Positions 1 to 11,658 of a stretch of 64,000 nt of DNA are shown one piece after another (the stretch's first letter is position 1; each line of letters begins with the position of its first letter). A program made the position numbers and the translations under genes. Under the pieces are notes generated by a model that saw nothing but the letters and a program-made list of their open reading frames with translations, did not search any database and had not been told where the DNA came from. The DNA comes from Escherichia coli (GTDB taxonomy: Bacteria; Pseudomonadota; Gammaproteobacteria; Enterobacterales; Enterobacteriaceae). The stretch lies in the NCBI RefSeq assembly GCF_030013595.1, contig NZ_CP122768.1. One strand, written 5' to 3'.

Positions 1-2
1 GC

Positions 3-1046
3 ATGATCGAAACCAGCGCGGTACTGGTGGGCTTCACTTTTACGGTGGTTAGCGCCCATTTCTGGCCGCTGGCGATGACCGCGATCCTCGGTTATCTGGT
101 CAATAGTGCGGTGAGAACGCTGCTGTTTGGCTACTTTGGACGCAAAATTTATCGCCCCGGTCTGCACTTCTCGCTGGCGTCGGTGGCACCGAACTTACGC
201 TTTGGTGCCTGGCTGACGGCGGACAGCATCATCAACTATCTCAATACCAACCTTTCAACGCTGGTGCTGGCGCGTATTCTCGGCGCGGGCGTGGCAGGGG
301 GATACAACCTGGCGTACAACGTGGCCGTTGTGCCGCCGATGAAGTTGAACCCGATCATCACCCGTGTGTTGTTTCCGGCATTCGCCAAAATTCAGGACGA
401 TACCGAAAAGCTGCGCGTTAACTTCTACAAGCTGCTGTCGGTAGTGGGGATTATCAACTTTCCGGCGCTGCTCGGGCTGATGGTGGTGTCGAATAACTTT
501 GTACCGCTGGTCTTTGGTGAGAAGTGGAACAGCATTATTCCGGTGCTGCAATTGCTGTGTGTGGTGGGTCTGCTGCGTTCGGTGGGTAACCCGATTGGTT
601 CGCTGCTGATGGCGAAAGCGCGGGTCGATATCAGCTTTAAATTCAACGTATTCAAAACATTTCTGTTTATTCCGGCGATTGTTATTGGTGGGCAGATGGC
701 GGGCGCAATCGGCGTCACGCTCGGTTTCCTGCTGGTGCAGATTATCAACACCATTCTGAGTTACTTCGTGATGATTAAACCGGTTCTTGGTTCCAGTTAT
801 CGCCAGTACATCCTGAGTTTATGGCTGCCGTTTTATCTCTCGCTGCCGACGCTGGTGGTCAGTTATGTGCTGGGCATTGTGCTGAAAGGGCAACTGGCGC
901 TGGGGATGCTGCTGGCGGTGCAAATAGCCGCGGGCGTGCTGGCGTTTGTGGTGATGATTGTGCTGTCGCGCCATCCGCTGGTGGTGGAAGTGAAGCGTCA
1001 GTTTTGCCGCAGCGAAAAAATGAAAATGCTTTTACGGGCGGGGTGA
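3..1046 (+). CDS. wzxC: Colanic acid flippase WzxC, C-terminal 347 codons; 5' end lies outside the window
   Basis: ORF open to the window edge; polytopic membrane protein sequence; position immediately upstream of wcaK-wcaL-wcaM. Confidence 0.85.
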   Translation: MIETSAVLVGFTFTVVSAHFWPLAMTAILGYLVNSAVRTLLFGYFGRKIYRPGLHFSLASVAPNLRFGAWLTADSIINYLNTNLSTLVLARILGAGVAGGYNLAYNVAVVPPMKLNPIITRVLFPAFAKIQDDTEKLRVNFYKLLSVVGIINFPALLGLMVVSNNFVPLVFGEKWNSIIPVLQLLCVVGLLRSVGNPIGSLLMAKARVDISFKFNVFKTFLFIPAIVIGGQMAGAIGVTLGFLLVQIINTILSYFVMIKPVLGSSYRQYILSLWLPFYLSLPTLVVSYVLGIVLKGQLALGMLLAVQIAAGVLAFVVMIVLSRHPLVVEVKRQFCRSEKMKMLLRAG

Positions 1047-1084
1047 GTTGTTGTTTTCGGTTCCGACAACGGTTGCCGGGTGCA

Positions 1085-1550
1085 GCGTAAAACGCCTTAT
1101 CCATCCTACGGTTCTGTGCTCGGGACCTGTAGGCCTGATAAGACGCGTCAGCGTCGCATCAGGCACTGAATGCCGGATGCGGCGTGAACGCCTTATCCGG
1201 CCTACGGTTCAGGGCTTGGATCTTGTAGGCCCGATAAGACGCGCCAGCGTCGCATCAGGCACTGAATGCCGGATGCGGCGTAAAACGCCTTATCCGGCCT
1301 ACGGTTCTGTGCTCGGGTCTTGTAGGCCTGATAAGACGCGCCAGCGTCGCATCAGGCACTGAATGCCGGATGCGGCGTGAACGCCTTATCCATCCTACGG
1401 TTCTGTGCTCGGGACCTGTAGGCCTGATAAGACGCGTCAGCGTCGCATCAGGCACTGAATGCCGGATGCGGCGTGAACGCCTTATCCGGCCTACGGTTCT
1501 GTGCTCGGGTCTTGTAGGCCTGATAAGACGCGGCCAGCGTCGCATCAGGC
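1085..1550. repeat. BIME/REP array: about five pairs of imperfect palindromic REP units with roughly 97-bp periodicity
   Basis: Repeated motifs gcctgataagacgcg..cagcgtcgcatcaggc and gccggatgcggcgtgaacgccttatccggcctacg seen directly; classic E. coli REP consensus. Confidence 0.85.
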
Positions 1551-1611
1551 AAAAAACGGCAACGAACAAAACAAACACAGCCTCACCTGGCATCAAATTT
1601 ATGAGGAAAAA

Positions 1612-2892
1612 ATGAAATTACTTATTCTGGGCAACCACACTTGCGGCAACCGCGGCGACAGCGCCATCCTGCGCGGCTTACTTGATGCCATCAACATCCT
1701 CAATCCACACGCCGAAGTGGATGTGATGAGCCGCTATCCGGTCAGTTCTTCCTGGCTGCTCAACCGCCCGGTAATGGGCGATCCGCTGTTCCTGCAAATG
1801 AAACAACACAACAGCGCGGCGGGCGTTGTCGGGCGCGTTAAAAAAGTCCTCCGTCGCCGCTATCAACACCAGGTACTGCTCTCACGCGTCACCGACACTG
1901 GCAAGCTGCGTAATATCGCCATCGCCCAGGGATTCACCGACTTCGTGCGCCTGCTGTCAGGTTACGACGCCATTATTCAGGTCGGCGGATCGTTTTTTGT
2001 CGATCTCTACGGCGTGCCGCAGTTTGAACATGCGCTTTGCACGTTTATGGCGAAAAAGCCGCTGTTTATGATTGGTCACAGCGTCGGTCCCTTCCAGGAT
2101 GAGCAATTTAACCAACTGGCGAACTACGTTTTCGGTCACTGCGACGCGCTGATCCTGCGCGAATCGGTCAGCCTTGATTTGATGAAACGCAGCAATATCA
2201 CTACCGCAAAAGTGGAACATGGCGTCGATACCGCGTGGCTGGTCGATCACCACACAGAAGACTTCACCGCCAGCTATGCCGTCCAACACTGGCTGGACGT
2301 TGCCGCACAACAGAAAACGGTAGCAATTACCCTGCGCGAACTGGCACCGTTCGACAAACGTCTCGGCACCACTCAACAAGCGTATGAAAAAGCCTTTGCC
2401 GGGGTGGTCAATCGCATTCTCGACGAAGGGTATCAGGTGATTGCGCTTTCCACCTGTACGGGCATCGACAGCTATAACAAAGACGATCGCATGGTGGCGC
2501 TCAATCTACGCCAGCACATCAGCGATCCTGCCCGTTACCACGTAGTGATGGATGAACTTAACGATCTGGAAATGGGCAAAATTCTCGGTGCCTGTGAACT
2601 CACCGTCGGTACGCGCCTGCACTCCGCCATTATCTCAATGAACTTTGCCACCCCGGCGATTGCCATCAACTATGAACATAAATCCGCCGGGATCATGCAG
2701 CAGCTGGGACTACCGGAGATGGCAATTGATATCCGTCATTTATTAGACGGTAGCCTGCAAGCGATGGTTGCGGATACCTTAGGCCAGCTTCCGGCGCTGA
2801 ACACGCGACTTAACGAAGCCGTTAGTCGCGAACGTCAGACGGGAATGCAGATGGTGCAATCTGTGCTTGAACGCATCGGGGAGGTGAAATGA
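1612..2892 (+). CDS. wcaK: Colanic acid biosynthesis pyruvyl transferase WcaK
   Basis: ATG at 1612 with aggaaaaa RBS; N-terminus MKLLILGNHTCGNRGDSAIL; the longer listed ORF start lies inside the REP array. Confidence 0.85.
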   Translation: MKLLILGNHTCGNRGDSAILRGLLDAINILNPHAEVDVMSRYPVSSSWLLNRPVMGDPLFLQMKQHNSAAGVVGRVKKVLRRRYQHQVLLSRVTDTGKLRNIAIAQGFTDFVRLLSGYDAIIQVGGSFFVDLYGVPQFEHALCTFMAKKPLFMIGHSVGPFQDEQFNQLANYVFGHCDALILRESVSLDLMKRSNITTAKVEHGVDTAWLVDHHTEDFTASYAVQHWLDVAAQQKTVAITLRELAPFDKRLGTTQQAYEKAFAGVVNRILDEGYQVIALSTCTGIDSYNKDDRMVALNLRQHISDPARYHVVMDELNDLEMGKILGACELTVGTRLHSAIISMNFATPAIAINYEHKSAGIMQQLGLPEMAIDIRHLLDGSLQAMVADTLGQLPALNTRLNEAVSRERQTGMQMVQSVLERIGEVK

Positions 2893-4109
2893 AGGTCGGC
2901 TTCTTTTTACTGAAATTTCCGCTGTCGTCAGAAACCTTCGTTCTTAACCAAATCACTGCGTTTATTGATATGGGCTTTGAGGTGGAGATTGTCGCGTTGC
3001 AAAAAGGCGATACAGAGAACACCCACGCGGCATGGACGAAATACAACCTTGCCGCCAGAACCCGCTGGTTACAGGACGAACCTACGGGCAAAGTGGCGAA
3101 GCTGCGCCACCGCGCCAGCCAGACCTTACGCGGCATTCATCGTAAAAATACCTGGCAGGCGCTCAACCTCAAGCGCTATGGCGCAGAGTCGCGGAACCTG
3201 ATTTTGTCTGCCATTTGCGGTCAGGTTGCAACACCATTTCATGCCGATGTCTTTATCGCTCATTTTGGTCCTGCGGGGGTAACCGCAGCAAAACTACGCG
3301 AACTGGGTGTCATTCGCGGCAAAATTGCCACCATCTTCCACGGTATTGATATCTCCAGTCGGGAAGTGCTCAACCACTACACTCCCGAATATCAACAACT
3401 GTTTCGACGTGGCGACCTGATGTTACCGATAAGCGATCTGTGGGCCGGAAGGCTGCAAAAAATGGGCTGTCCGAGGGAAAAAATCGCCGTATCGCGCATG
3501 GGCGTGGACATGACGCGTTTTAGCCCGCGTCCGGTGAAAGCGCCCGCAACGCCGCTGGAAATCATTTCCGTCGCACGCTTAACCGAGAAAAAAGGTCTGC
3601 ATGTGGCGATTGAAGCCTGCCGTCAGTTGAAAGAGCAGGGCGTGGCATTTCGCTATCGCATTCTCGGCATTGGCCCGTGGGAACGACGCCTGCGCACCCT
3701 CATCGAACAATATCAACTGGAAGATGTGGTAGAGATGCCGGGCTTTAAACCGAGCCATGAAGTGAAAGCGATGCTCGACGACGCGGATGTCTTCCTGTTG
3801 CCATCGGTAACGGGCGCGGATGGTGATATGGAAGGCATTCCAGTGGCGCTAATGGAAGCGATGGCGGTCGGCATTCCAGTAGTTTCTACTCTGCATAGCG
3901 GAATACCGGAACTGGTGGAGGCCGATAAATCCGGCTGGCTGGTGCCTGAGAACGATGCTCGCGCACTGGCACAACGTCTGGCGGCATTTAGCCAACTGGA
4001 CACTGACGAACTGGCTCCGGTTGTCAAACGTGCGCGCGAAAAAGTCGAACACGATTTTAACCAGCAGGTGATCAATCGAGAACTCGCCAGCTTGCTGCAG
4101 GCTTTATAG
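2889..4109 (+). CDS. wcaL: Colanic acid glycosyltransferase WcaL (GT4 family)
   Basis: 406-aa ORF, start overlaps wcaK stop; glycosyltransferase motifs; synteny. Confidence 0.85.
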   Translation: MKVGFFLLKFPLSSETFVLNQITAFIDMGFEVEIVALQKGDTENTHAAWTKYNLAARTRWLQDEPTGKVAKLRHRASQTLRGIHRKNTWQALNLKRYGAESRNLILSAICGQVATPFHADVFIAHFGPAGVTAAKLRELGVIRGKIATIFHGIDISSREVLNHYTPEYQQLFRRGDLMLPISDLWAGRLQKMGCPREKIAVSRMGVDMTRFSPRPVKAPATPLEIISVARLTEKKGLHVAIEACRQLKEQGVAFRYRILGIGPWERRLRTLIEQYQLEDVVEMPGFKPSHEVKAMLDDADVFLLPSVTGADGDMEGIPVALMEAMAVGIPVVSTLHSGIPELVEADKSGWLVPENDARALAQRLAAFSQLDTDELAPVVKRAREKVEHDFNQQVINRELASLLQAL

Positions 4110-4119
4110 AGGAGAACGC

Positions 4120-5514
4120 ATGCCATTTAAAAAACTCTCCCGACGCACGTTCCTGACGGCAAGCTCGGCGCTTGCCTTCCTCCATACCCCTTTCGCTCGC
4201 GCACTTCCCGACCAACAGAGCGTTAACATTAACGACTACAACCCACACGACTGGATCGCCTCATTTAAACAAGCCTTCAGCGAAGGGCAAACGGTCGTCG
4301 TGCCTGCCGGATTCGTTTGTGACAATATCAACACCGGCATCTTCATTCCTCCTGGCAAAACGTTACACATCCTCGGAAGCCTGCGAGGCAACGGCAGAGG
4401 GCGATTTGTCTTACAGGACGGCAGCCAGGTGACAGGGGAGAAGGGCGGCAGTATGCATAACATCACCCTGGATGTGCGTGGTTCTGACTGCACCATCAAA
4501 GGGCTGACGATGAGCGGCTTTGGCCCGGTGACGCAGATCTATATCGGCGGCAAAAACAAACGGGTCATGCGTAACCTGACCATCGATAACCTGACCGTTA
4601 GCCACGCTAATTACGCCATCTTACGCCAGGGATTTCATAACCAGATAATCGGTGCCAACATCACCAATTGTAAGTTCAGCGACTTACAGGGCGATGCCAT
4701 TGAATGGAACGTGGCGATTAACGACCGCGATATTTTGATATCCGACCACATCATCGAGCGCATCAACTGTACCAACGGCAAAATCAACTGGGGCATCGGC
4801 ATAGGCCTTGCGGGAAGCACTTACGATAATAATTACCCAGAAGATCAGGCAGTGAAAAACTTTGTCGTAGCGAATATCACGGGATCGGATTGTCGGCAGT
4901 TGATCCATGTTGAAAATGGTAAACATTTTGTTATTCGTAATATCAAAGCCCGCAATATCACGCCGGATTTCAGTAAGAAAGCAGGCATTGATAACGCGAC
5001 AGTTGCTATTTACGGTTGTGACAATTTCGTGATTGATAATATTGAAATGATTAATAGCGCCGGGATGTTAATCGGCTATGGGGTAATTAAAGGCAAATAT
5101 CTCTCGATACCGCAAAATTTCCGAGTGAATAATATTCAACTGGATAACACCCATCTTGCTTATAAATTGCGCGGCATCCAAATCTCCGCCGGGAATGCTG
5201 TCTCCTTTGTGGCGCTGACTAACATTGAGATGAAGCGTGCCTCGCTGGAGCTTCACAATAAACCGCAACATCTTTTTATGCGTAATATCAAAGTGATGCA
5301 GGAATCCTCAGTTGGACCAGCATTGAGCATGAACTTCGACATGCGCAAAGACGTACGCGGTGTCTTTATGGCGAAAAAAGAAACACTGCTGTCACTTGCA
5401 AATGTTCATGCGATGAATGAAAGAGGGCAAAGCTCCGTCGACATCGACAGGATTAATCACCATATTGTTAATGTGGAAAAGATTAACTTTAGATTGCCGG
5501 AACGGAGAGAGTAG
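4120..5514 (+). CDS. wcaM: Colanic acid biosynthesis protein WcaM (Tat-type signal peptide, beta-helix-like)
   Basis: 464-aa ORF with [14 protein letters not shown] twin-arginine-like N-terminus; last gene of the colanic acid cluster by synteny. Confidence 0.8.
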   Translation: MPFKKLSRRTFLTASSALAFLHTPFARALPDQQSVNINDYNPHDWIASFKQAFSEGQTVVVPAGFVCDNINTGIFIPPGKTLHILGSLRGNGRGRFVLQDGSQVTGEKGGSMHNITLDVRGSDCTIKGLTMSGFGPVTQIYIGGKNKRVMRNLTIDNLTVSHANYAILRQGFHNQIIGANITNCKFSDLQGDAIEWNVAINDRDILISDHIIERINCTNGKINWGIGIGLAGSTYDNNYPEDQAVKNFVVANITGSDCRQLIHVENGKHFVIRNIKARNITPDFSKKAGIDNATVAIYGCDNFVIDNIEMINSAGMLIGYGVIKGKYLSIPQNFRVNNIQLDNTHLAYKLRGIQISAGNAVSFVALTNIEMKRASLELHNKPQHLFMRNIKVMQESSVGPALSMNFDMRKDVRGVFMAKKETLLSLANVHAMNERGQSSVDIDRINHHIVNVEKINFRLPERRE

Positions 5515-5671
5515 ATTTGCGACCATTCATAAACTTACTGGATATAATGTTCTAAAAGATTATAATCCTCACACTAACTGTTAAAGCTGGGGCTGGGCAG
5601 CATTGACTACTCAGGGAAGGTACTCATCTTTATCTTGTGTTTCTTACGTAACAACCAGACTAAAGTGATTT

Positions 5672-6667
5672 ATGAACGATAACGTTTTGCTCATAGGAGC
5701 TTCCGGATTCGTAGGAACCCGACTACTTGAAACGGCAATTGCTGACTTTAATATCAAGAACCTGGACAAACAGCAGAGCCACTTTTATCCAGAAATCACA
5801 CAGATTGGTGATGTTCGTGATCAACAGGCACTCGACCAGGCGTTAGCCGGTTTTGACACTGTTGTGCTACTGGCAGCGGAACACCGCGATGACGTCAGCC
5901 CTACTTCTCTCTATTATGATGTCAACGTTCAGGGTACCCGCAATGTGCTGGCGGCCATGGAAAAAAATGGCGTTAAAAATATCATCTTTACCAGTTCCGT
6001 TGCTGTTTATGGTTTGAACAAACACAACCCTGACGAAAACCATCCACACGACCCTTTCAACCACTACGGCAAAAGTAAGTGGCAGGCAGAGGAAGTGCTG
6101 CGTGAATGGTATAACAAAGCACCAACAGAACGTTCATTAACCATCATCCGTCCTACCGTTATCTTCGGTGAACGGAACCGCGGTAACGTCTATAACTTGC
6201 TGAAACAGATCGCTGGCGGCAAGTTTATGATGGTGGGCGCAGGGACTAACTATAAGTCCATGGCTTATGTTGGAAACATTGTTGAGTTTATCAAGTACAA
6301 ACTGAAGAATGTTGCCGCAGGTTATGAGGTTTATAACTACGTTGATAAGCCAGACCTGAACATGAACCAGTTGGTTGCTGAAGTTGAACAAAGCCTGAAC
6401 AAAAAGATCCCTTCTATGCACTTGCCTTACCCACTAGGAATGCTGGGGGGCTATTGTTTTGATATCCTGAGCAAAATTACGGGCAAAAAATACGCTGTCA
6501 GCTCAGTGCGCGTGAAAAAATTCTGCGCAACAACACAGTTTGACGCAACGAAAGTGCATTCTTCAGGTTTTGTGGCACCGTATACGCTGTCGCAAGGTCT
6601 GGATCGAACTCTGCAGTATGAATTCGTTCATGCCAAAAAAGACGACATAACGTTTGTTTCTGAGTAA
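5672..6667 (+). CDS. gne: NAD-dependent sugar epimerase, probable UDP-GlcNAc/UDP-Glc 4-epimerase (Gne-like)
   Basis: 331-aa ORF with GASGFVGT Rossmann motif and YxxxK catalytic motif; sits between wcaM and galF as gne does in several E. coli serogroups. Confidence 0.65.
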   Translation: MNDNVLLIGASGFVGTRLLETAIADFNIKNLDKQQSHFYPEITQIGDVRDQQALDQALAGFDTVVLLAAEHRDDVSPTSLYYDVNVQGTRNVLAAMEKNGVKNIIFTSSVAVYGLNKHNPDENHPHDPFNHYGKSKWQAEEVLREWYNKAPTERSLTIIRPTVIFGERNRGNVYNLLKQIAGGKFMMVGAGTNYKSMAYVGNIVEFIKYKLKNVAAGYEVYNYVDKPDLNMNQLVAEVEQSLNKKIPSMHLPYPLGMLGGYCFDILSKITGKKYAVSSVRVKKFCATTQFDATKVHSSGFVAPYTLSQGLDRTLQYEFVHAKKDDITFVSE

Positions 6668-6909
6668 TGCAGACGAGTCAGAGAAAAAAGGACCAGGTTG
6701 GACTACGATTATTCGGAAAGAGGTACTGATTAAATTATCAGTATGCGGAATTCCGAGTAATCCGAGTAACCCAGATGCTGATGGTGTGTAGTGTTATCCT
6801 AAGGTTTAAGCAAAGTTATGCGGAACTAAGCTTTGGTATATAGCCATAACGTTTGGCTAACCTATGGCAATAATTTACGCACTATCAGCCACTTAGAGGT
6901 AGGAAAAGA

Positions 6910-7803
6910 ATGACGAATTTAAAAGCAGTTATACCGGTAGCAGGTCTTGGGATGCATATGTTGCCTGCCACTAAGGCGATTCCCAAAGAGATGCTACCGA
7001 TCGTCGACAAGCCAATGATTCAGTACATTGTTGACGAGATTGTGGCTGCAGGGATCAAAGAAATCCTCCTGGTAACTCATGCGTCCAAGAACGCGGTCGA
7101 AAACCACTTCGACACCTCTTATGAATTAGAATCTCTCCTTGAACAGCGCGTGAAGCGTCAACTACTGGCGGAAGTACAATCTATCTGTCCGCCGGGCGTG
7201 ACCATTATGAACGTGCGTCAGGGTGAACCTTTAGGTTTAGGCCACTCCATTTTATGTGCGCGACCTGCCATTGGTGACAATCCATTTGTCGTGGTGCTGC
7301 CAGACGTTGTGATCGACGACGCCAGCGCCGACCCGCTACGCTACAACCTTGCTGCCATGATTGCGCGCTTCAATGAAACGGGCCGTAGCCAGGTGCTGGC
7401 AAAACGTATGCCGGGTGACCTCTCTGAATACTCCGTCATCCAGACCAAAGAACCGCTGGACCGTGAAGGCAAAGTCAGCCGCATTGTTGAATTTATCGAA
7501 AAACCGGATCAGCCGCAAACGCTGGACTCAGACATCATGGCCGTAGGTCGTTATGTGCTTTCTGCCGATATTTGGCCGGAACTTGAACGCACTCAACCTG
7601 GTGCATGGGGGCGTATTCAGCTGACTGATGCTATTGCCGAACTGGCGAAAAAACAGTCCGTTGATGCCATGCTGATGACTGGTGACAGCTACGACTGTGG
7701 TAAAAAAATGGGCTATATGCAGGCATTCGTGAAGTATGGATTACGCAACCTGAAAGAAGGGGCGAAGTTCCGTAAAGGGATTGAGAAGCTGTTAAGCGAA
7801 TAA
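6910..7803 (+). CDS. galF: UTP-glucose-1-phosphate uridylyltransferase paralog GalF
   Basis: 297-aa [44 protein letters not shown]; conserved gene bordering the O-antigen locus. Confidence 0.92.
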   Translation: MTNLKAVIPVAGLGMHMLPATKAIPKEMLPIVDKPMIQYIVDEIVAAGIKEILLVTHASKNAVENHFDTSYELESLLEQRVKRQLLAEVQSICPPGVTIMNVRQGEPLGLGHSILCARPAIGDNPFVVVLPDVVIDDASADPLRYNLAAMIARFNETGRSQVLAKRMPGDLSEYSVIQTKEPLDREGKVSRIVEFIEKPDQPQTLDSDIMAVGRYVLSADIWPELERTQPGAWGRIQLTDAIAELAKKQSVDAMLMTGDSYDCGKKMGYMQAFVKYGLRNLKEGAKFRKGIEKLLSE

Positions 7804-8061
7804 TGAAAATCTGACCGGATGTAACGGTTAATAAGAAAATTATAACGGCAGTGAGGATTCGTGGCGAAAGTAATTTGTTGCGAATATTCCTGCCGTTGTT
7901 TTATATAAACAATCAGAATAACAACGAGTTAGCAATAGGATTTTAGTCAAAGTTTTCCAGGATTTTCCTTGTTTCCAGAGCGGATTGGTAAGACAATTAG
8001 CTTTTGAATTTTTCGGGTTTAGCGCGAGTGGGTAACGCTCGTCACATCGTAGGCATGCATG

Positions 8062-8100
8062 CAGTGCTCTGGTAGCTGTAAAGCCAGGGGCGGTAGCGTG
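8062..8100 (+). promoter_or_regulatory. JUMPstart element with ops (ggcggtagcgtg), the RfaH-dependent antitermination site upstream of the O-antigen operon
   Basis: Sequence cagtgctctggtagctgtaaagccaggggcggtagcgtg read directly, 76 bp upstream of the rmlB start. Confidence 0.85.
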
Positions 8101-8175
8101 CATTAATACTTCTATTAATCAAACTGAGAGCCGCTTATTTCACAGCATGCTCTGAAGCAATATGGAATAAATTAG

Positions 8176-9261
8176 GTGAAAATACTTGTTACTGGTGGCG
8201 CAGGATTTATTGGTTCTGCTGTAGTTCGTCACATTATAAATAATACGCAGGATAGTGTTGTTAATGTCGATAAATTAACGTACGCCGGAAACCTGGAATC
8301 ACTTGCTGATGTTTCTGATTCTGAACGCTATGTTTTTGAACATGCGGATATTTGCGATGCAGCTGCAATGGCACGGATTTTTGCTCAGCATCAGCCAGAT
8401 GCAGTGATGCACCTGGCTGCTGAAAGCCATGTTGACCGTTCAATTACAGGTCCTGCGGCATTTATTGAAACCAATATTGTTGGTACATATGTCCTTTTGG
8501 AAGCCGCTCGCAATTATTGGTCTGCTCTTGATAGCGACAAGAAAACTAGCTTCCGTTTTCATCATATTTCTACTGACGAAGTCTATGGTGATTTGCCTCA
8601 TCCTGACGAGGTAAATAATACAGAAGAATTACCCTTATTTACAGAGACAACAGCTTACGCGCCAAGCAGCCCTTATTCCGCTTCAAAAGCATCCAGCGAT
8701 CATTTAGTCCGCGCGTGGAAACGTACCTATGGTTTACCAACCATTGTGACTAATTGCTCTAACAATTATGGTCCTTATCATTTCCCGGAAAAATTGATTC
8801 CATTGGTTATTCTCAATGCTCTGGAAGGTAAGGCATTACCTATTTATGGCAAAGGGGATCAAATTCGTGACTGGCTGTATGTTGAAGATCATGCGCGTGC
8901 GTTATATACCGTCGTAACCGAAGGTAAAGCGGGTGAAACTTATAACATTGGTGGACACAACGAAAAGAAAAACATCGATGTAGTGCTCACTATTTGTGAT
9001 TTGCTGGATGAGATTGTACCGAAAGAGAAATCTTACCGCGAGCAAATTACTTATGTTGCCGATCGCCCGGGACACGATCGCCGTTATGCGATTGATGCAG
9101 AGAAGATTAGCCGCGAATTGGGCTGGAAACCGCAGGAAACGTTTGAGAGCGGGATTCGGAAGACAGTGGAATGGTACCTGTCCAATACAAAATGGGTTGA
9201 TAATGTGAAAAGTGGTGCCTATCAATCGTGGATTGAACAGAACTATGAGGGCCGCCAGTAA
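8176..9261 (+). CDS. rfbB: dTDP-glucose 4,6-dehydratase
   Basis: 361-aa ORF, GTG start, [19 protein letters not shown]; first gene after JUMPstart. Confidence 0.92.
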   Translation: MKILVTGGAGFIGSAVVRHIINNTQDSVVNVDKLTYAGNLESLADVSDSERYVFEHADICDAAAMARIFAQHQPDAVMHLAAESHVDRSITGPAAFIETNIVGTYVLLEAARNYWSALDSDKKTSFRFHHISTDEVYGDLPHPDEVNNTEELPLFTETTAYAPSSPYSASKASSDHLVRAWKRTYGLPTIVTNCSNNYGPYHFPEKLIPLVILNALEGKALPIYGKGDQIRDWLYVEDHARALYTVVTEGKAGETYNIGGHNEKKNIDVVLTICDLLDEIVPKEKSYREQITYVADRPGHDRRYAIDAEKISRELGWKPQETFESGIRKTVEWYLSNTKWVDNVKSGAYQSWIEQNYEGRQ

Positions 9262-10163
9262 TGAATATCCTCCTTTTCGGCAAAACAGGGCAGGTAGGTT
9301 GGGAACTACAGCGTGCTTTGGCACCTTTAGGTAATTTGATTGCTCTTGATGTTCACTCCACTGATTATTGTGGTGATTTTAGTAATCCTGAAGGTGTAGC
9401 TGAAACAGTCAAAAGAATTCGACCTGATGTTATTGTTAATGCTGCGGCTCACACCGCAGTAGATAAGGCTGAGTCAGAACCCGAATTTGCACAATTACTC
9501 AATGCGACTAGTGTTGAATCAATTGCAAAAGCGGCTAATGAAGTTGGGGCTTGGGTAATTCATTACTCAACTGACTACGTATTCCCTGGAAATGGCGACA
9601 CGCCATGGCTGGAGACGGATGCAACCGCACCGCTAAATGTTTACGGTGAAACCAAGTTAGCCGGAGAAAAAGCGTTACAGGAACATTGCGCGAAGCATCT
9701 TATTTTCCGTACCAGCTGGGTATACGCAGGTAAAGGAAATAACTTCGCCAAAACGATGTTGCGTCTGGCAAAAGAGCGCGAAGAACTGGCTGTGATAAAT
9801 GATCAATTTGGTGCGCCAACAGGTGCTGAGCTGCTGGCTGATTGTACGGCACATGCTATTCGTGTGGCACTGAATAAACCGGAAGTCGCAGGTTTGTACC
9901 ATCTGGTAGCCAGTGGTACCACAACCTGGCACGATTATGCTGCGCTGGTTTTTGAAGAGGCGCGCAAAGCAGGTATTCCCCTTGCACTCAACAAGCTCAA
10001 CGCAGTACCAACAACAGCCTATCCTACACCAGCTCGTCGTCCACATAACTCTCGCCTTAATACAGAAAAATTTCAGCAGAACTTTGCGCTTGTCTTGCCT
10101 GACTGGCAGGTTGGTGTGAAACGAATGCTCAACGAATTAATTACGACTACAGCAATTAAATAG
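9261..10163 (+). CDS. rfbD: dTDP-4-dehydrorhamnose reductase
   Basis: [23 protein letters not shown]; start overlaps rfbB stop. Confidence 0.9.
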   Translation: MNILLFGKTGQVGWELQRALAPLGNLIALDVHSTDYCGDFSNPEGVAETVKRIRPDVIVNAAAHTAVDKAESEPEFAQLLNATSVESIAKAANEVGAWVIHYSTDYVFPGNGDTPWLETDATAPLNVYGETKLAGEKALQEHCAKHLIFRTSWVYAGKGNNFAKTMLRLAKEREELAVINDQFGAPTGAELLADCTAHAIRVALNKPEVAGLYHLVASGTTTWHDYAALVFEEARKAGIPLALNKLNAVPTTAYPTPARRPHNSRLNTEKFQQNFALVLPDWQVGVKRMLNELITTTAIK

Positions 10164-10217
10164 TTTTTGCATCTTGTTCGTGATGGTGGAGCAAGATGAA
10201 TTAAAAGGAATGATGAA

Positions 10218-11096
10218 ATGAAAACGCGTAAAGGTATTATTTTAGCGGGTGGTTCTGGTACACGTCTTTATCCTGTGACTATGGCTGTCAGTAAACAGCT
10301 ATTACCTATTTATGATAAGCCGATGATCTATTACCCGCTCTCTACACTGATGTTGGCGGGTATTCGCGATATTCTGATTATTAGTACGCCACAGGATACT
10401 CCTCGTTTTCAACAACTGCTGGGTGACGGTAGCCAGTGGGGGCTAAATCTTCAGTACAAAGTGCAACCGACTCCAGATGGGCTTGCGCAGGCGTTTATTA
10501 TCGGTGAAGAGTTTATCGGTGGTGATGATTGTGCTTTGGTTCTTGGTGATAATATCTTCTACGGTCATGATCTGCCGAAGTTAATGGATGTCGCTGTTAA
10601 CAAAGAAAGTGGTGCAACGGTATTTGCCTATCACGTTAATGATCCTGAACGCTACGGTGTCGTTGAGTTTGATAAAAACGGTACGGCGATCAGCCTGGAA
10701 GAAAAACCGCTACAACCAAAAAGTAATTATGCGGTAACCGGGCTTTATTTCTATGATAACGACGTTGTCGAAATGGCGAAAAACCTTAAGCCTTCTGCCC
10801 GTGGTGAACTGGAAATTACCGATATTAACCGTATTTATATGGAACAGGGGCGTTTATCCGTTGCCATGATGGGGCGTGGTTATGCATGGCTGGATACGGG
10901 GACACATCAGAGTCTTATTGAAGCAAGCAACTTCATTGCCACCATTGAAGAGCGCCAGGGACTAAAGGTTTCCTGCCCAGAAGAAATTGCTTACCGTAAA
11001 GGGTTTATTGATGCTGAACAGGTGAAAGCATTAGCGGAGCCGCTGAAAAAAAATGCTTATGGACAGTATCTGCTGAAAATGATTAAAGGTTATTAA
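10218..11096 (+). CDS. rfbA: Glucose-1-phosphate thymidylyltransferase
   Basis: 292-aa [22 protein letters not shown]. Confidence 0.92.
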   Translation: MKTRKGIILAGGSGTRLYPVTMAVSKQLLPIYDKPMIYYPLSTLMLAGIRDILIISTPQDTPRFQQLLGDGSQWGLNLQYKVQPTPDGLAQAFIIGEEFIGGDDCALVLGDNIFYGHDLPKLMDVAVNKESGATVFAYHVNDPERYGVVEFDKNGTAISLEEKPLQPKSNYAVTGLYFYDNDVVEMAKNLKPSARGELEITDINRIYMEQGRLSVAMMGRGYAWLDTGTHQSLIEASNFIATIEERQGLKVSCPEEIAYRKGFIDAEQVKALAEPLKKNAYGQYLLKMIKGY

Positions 11097-11100
11097 TAAA

Positions 11101-11658
11101 ATGAACGTAATTAAAACAGAAATTCCTGATGTGTTAATTTTCGAGCCGAAAGGTTTTGGTGATGAGCGTGGTTTCTTTATGGAAAGCTTTAATCAGAAAG
11201 TTTTCGAAGAAGCTGTAGGACGTAAGGTTGAATTTGTTCAGGATAACCATTCGAAGTCTAGTAAAGGTGTTTTACGCGGGCTGCATTATCAGTTAGAACC
11301 TTATGCGCAAGGGAAATTGGTACGTTGCGTTGTTGGTGAGGTTTTTGATGTAGCTGTTGATATTCGTAAATCGTCGCCTACCTTTGGTAAATGGGTTGGG
11401 GTGAATTTATCTGCTGAGAATAAGCGGCAATTGTGGATCCCTGAGGGATTTGCACATGGTTTTTTGGTGCTGAGCGAGACTGCGGAATTTTTATATAAAA
11501 CGACGAACTATTATCATCCTGATAGTGATAGAGGGATTGTATGGAATGATCCTATTCTGAGCATAAAATGGCCGACGATAGAACATAATAATTATATTTT
11601 ATCGATTAAAGATGCAAGGGCTAAAGAATTGCATAACATGAAGGAATTATTTTTGTGA
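11101..11658 (+). CDS. rfbC: dTDP-4-dehydrorhamnose 3,5-epimerase
   Basis: 185-aa ORF, cupin-type RmlC sequence. Confidence 0.9.
   Translation: MNVIKTEIPDVLIFEPKGFGDERGFFMESFNQKVFEEAVGRKVEFVQDNHSKSSKGVLRGLHYQLEPYAQGKLVRCVVGEVFDVAVDIRKSSPTFGKWVGVNLSAENKRQLWIPEGFAHGFLVLSETAEFLYKTTNYYHPDSDRGIVWNDPILSIKWPTIEHNNYILSIKDARAKELHNMKELFL

Noticed and set aside
1085-1550. Possible CRISPR array, suggested by the regular ~97-bp periodicity of repeats
   Set aside because: The units are imperfect palindromic REP sequences in alternating orientation with near-identical intervening sequence, not identical direct repeats with unique spacers; no cas genes are nearby.
1048-1615. ORFs of 81-113 aa inside the REP array, on both strands
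   Set aside because: Their repetitive amino-acid sequences simply mirror the REP repeats; no RBS and no coding logic.
8902-9324. 140-aa minus-strand ORF
   Set aside because: Antisense across the rfbB/rfbD junction.
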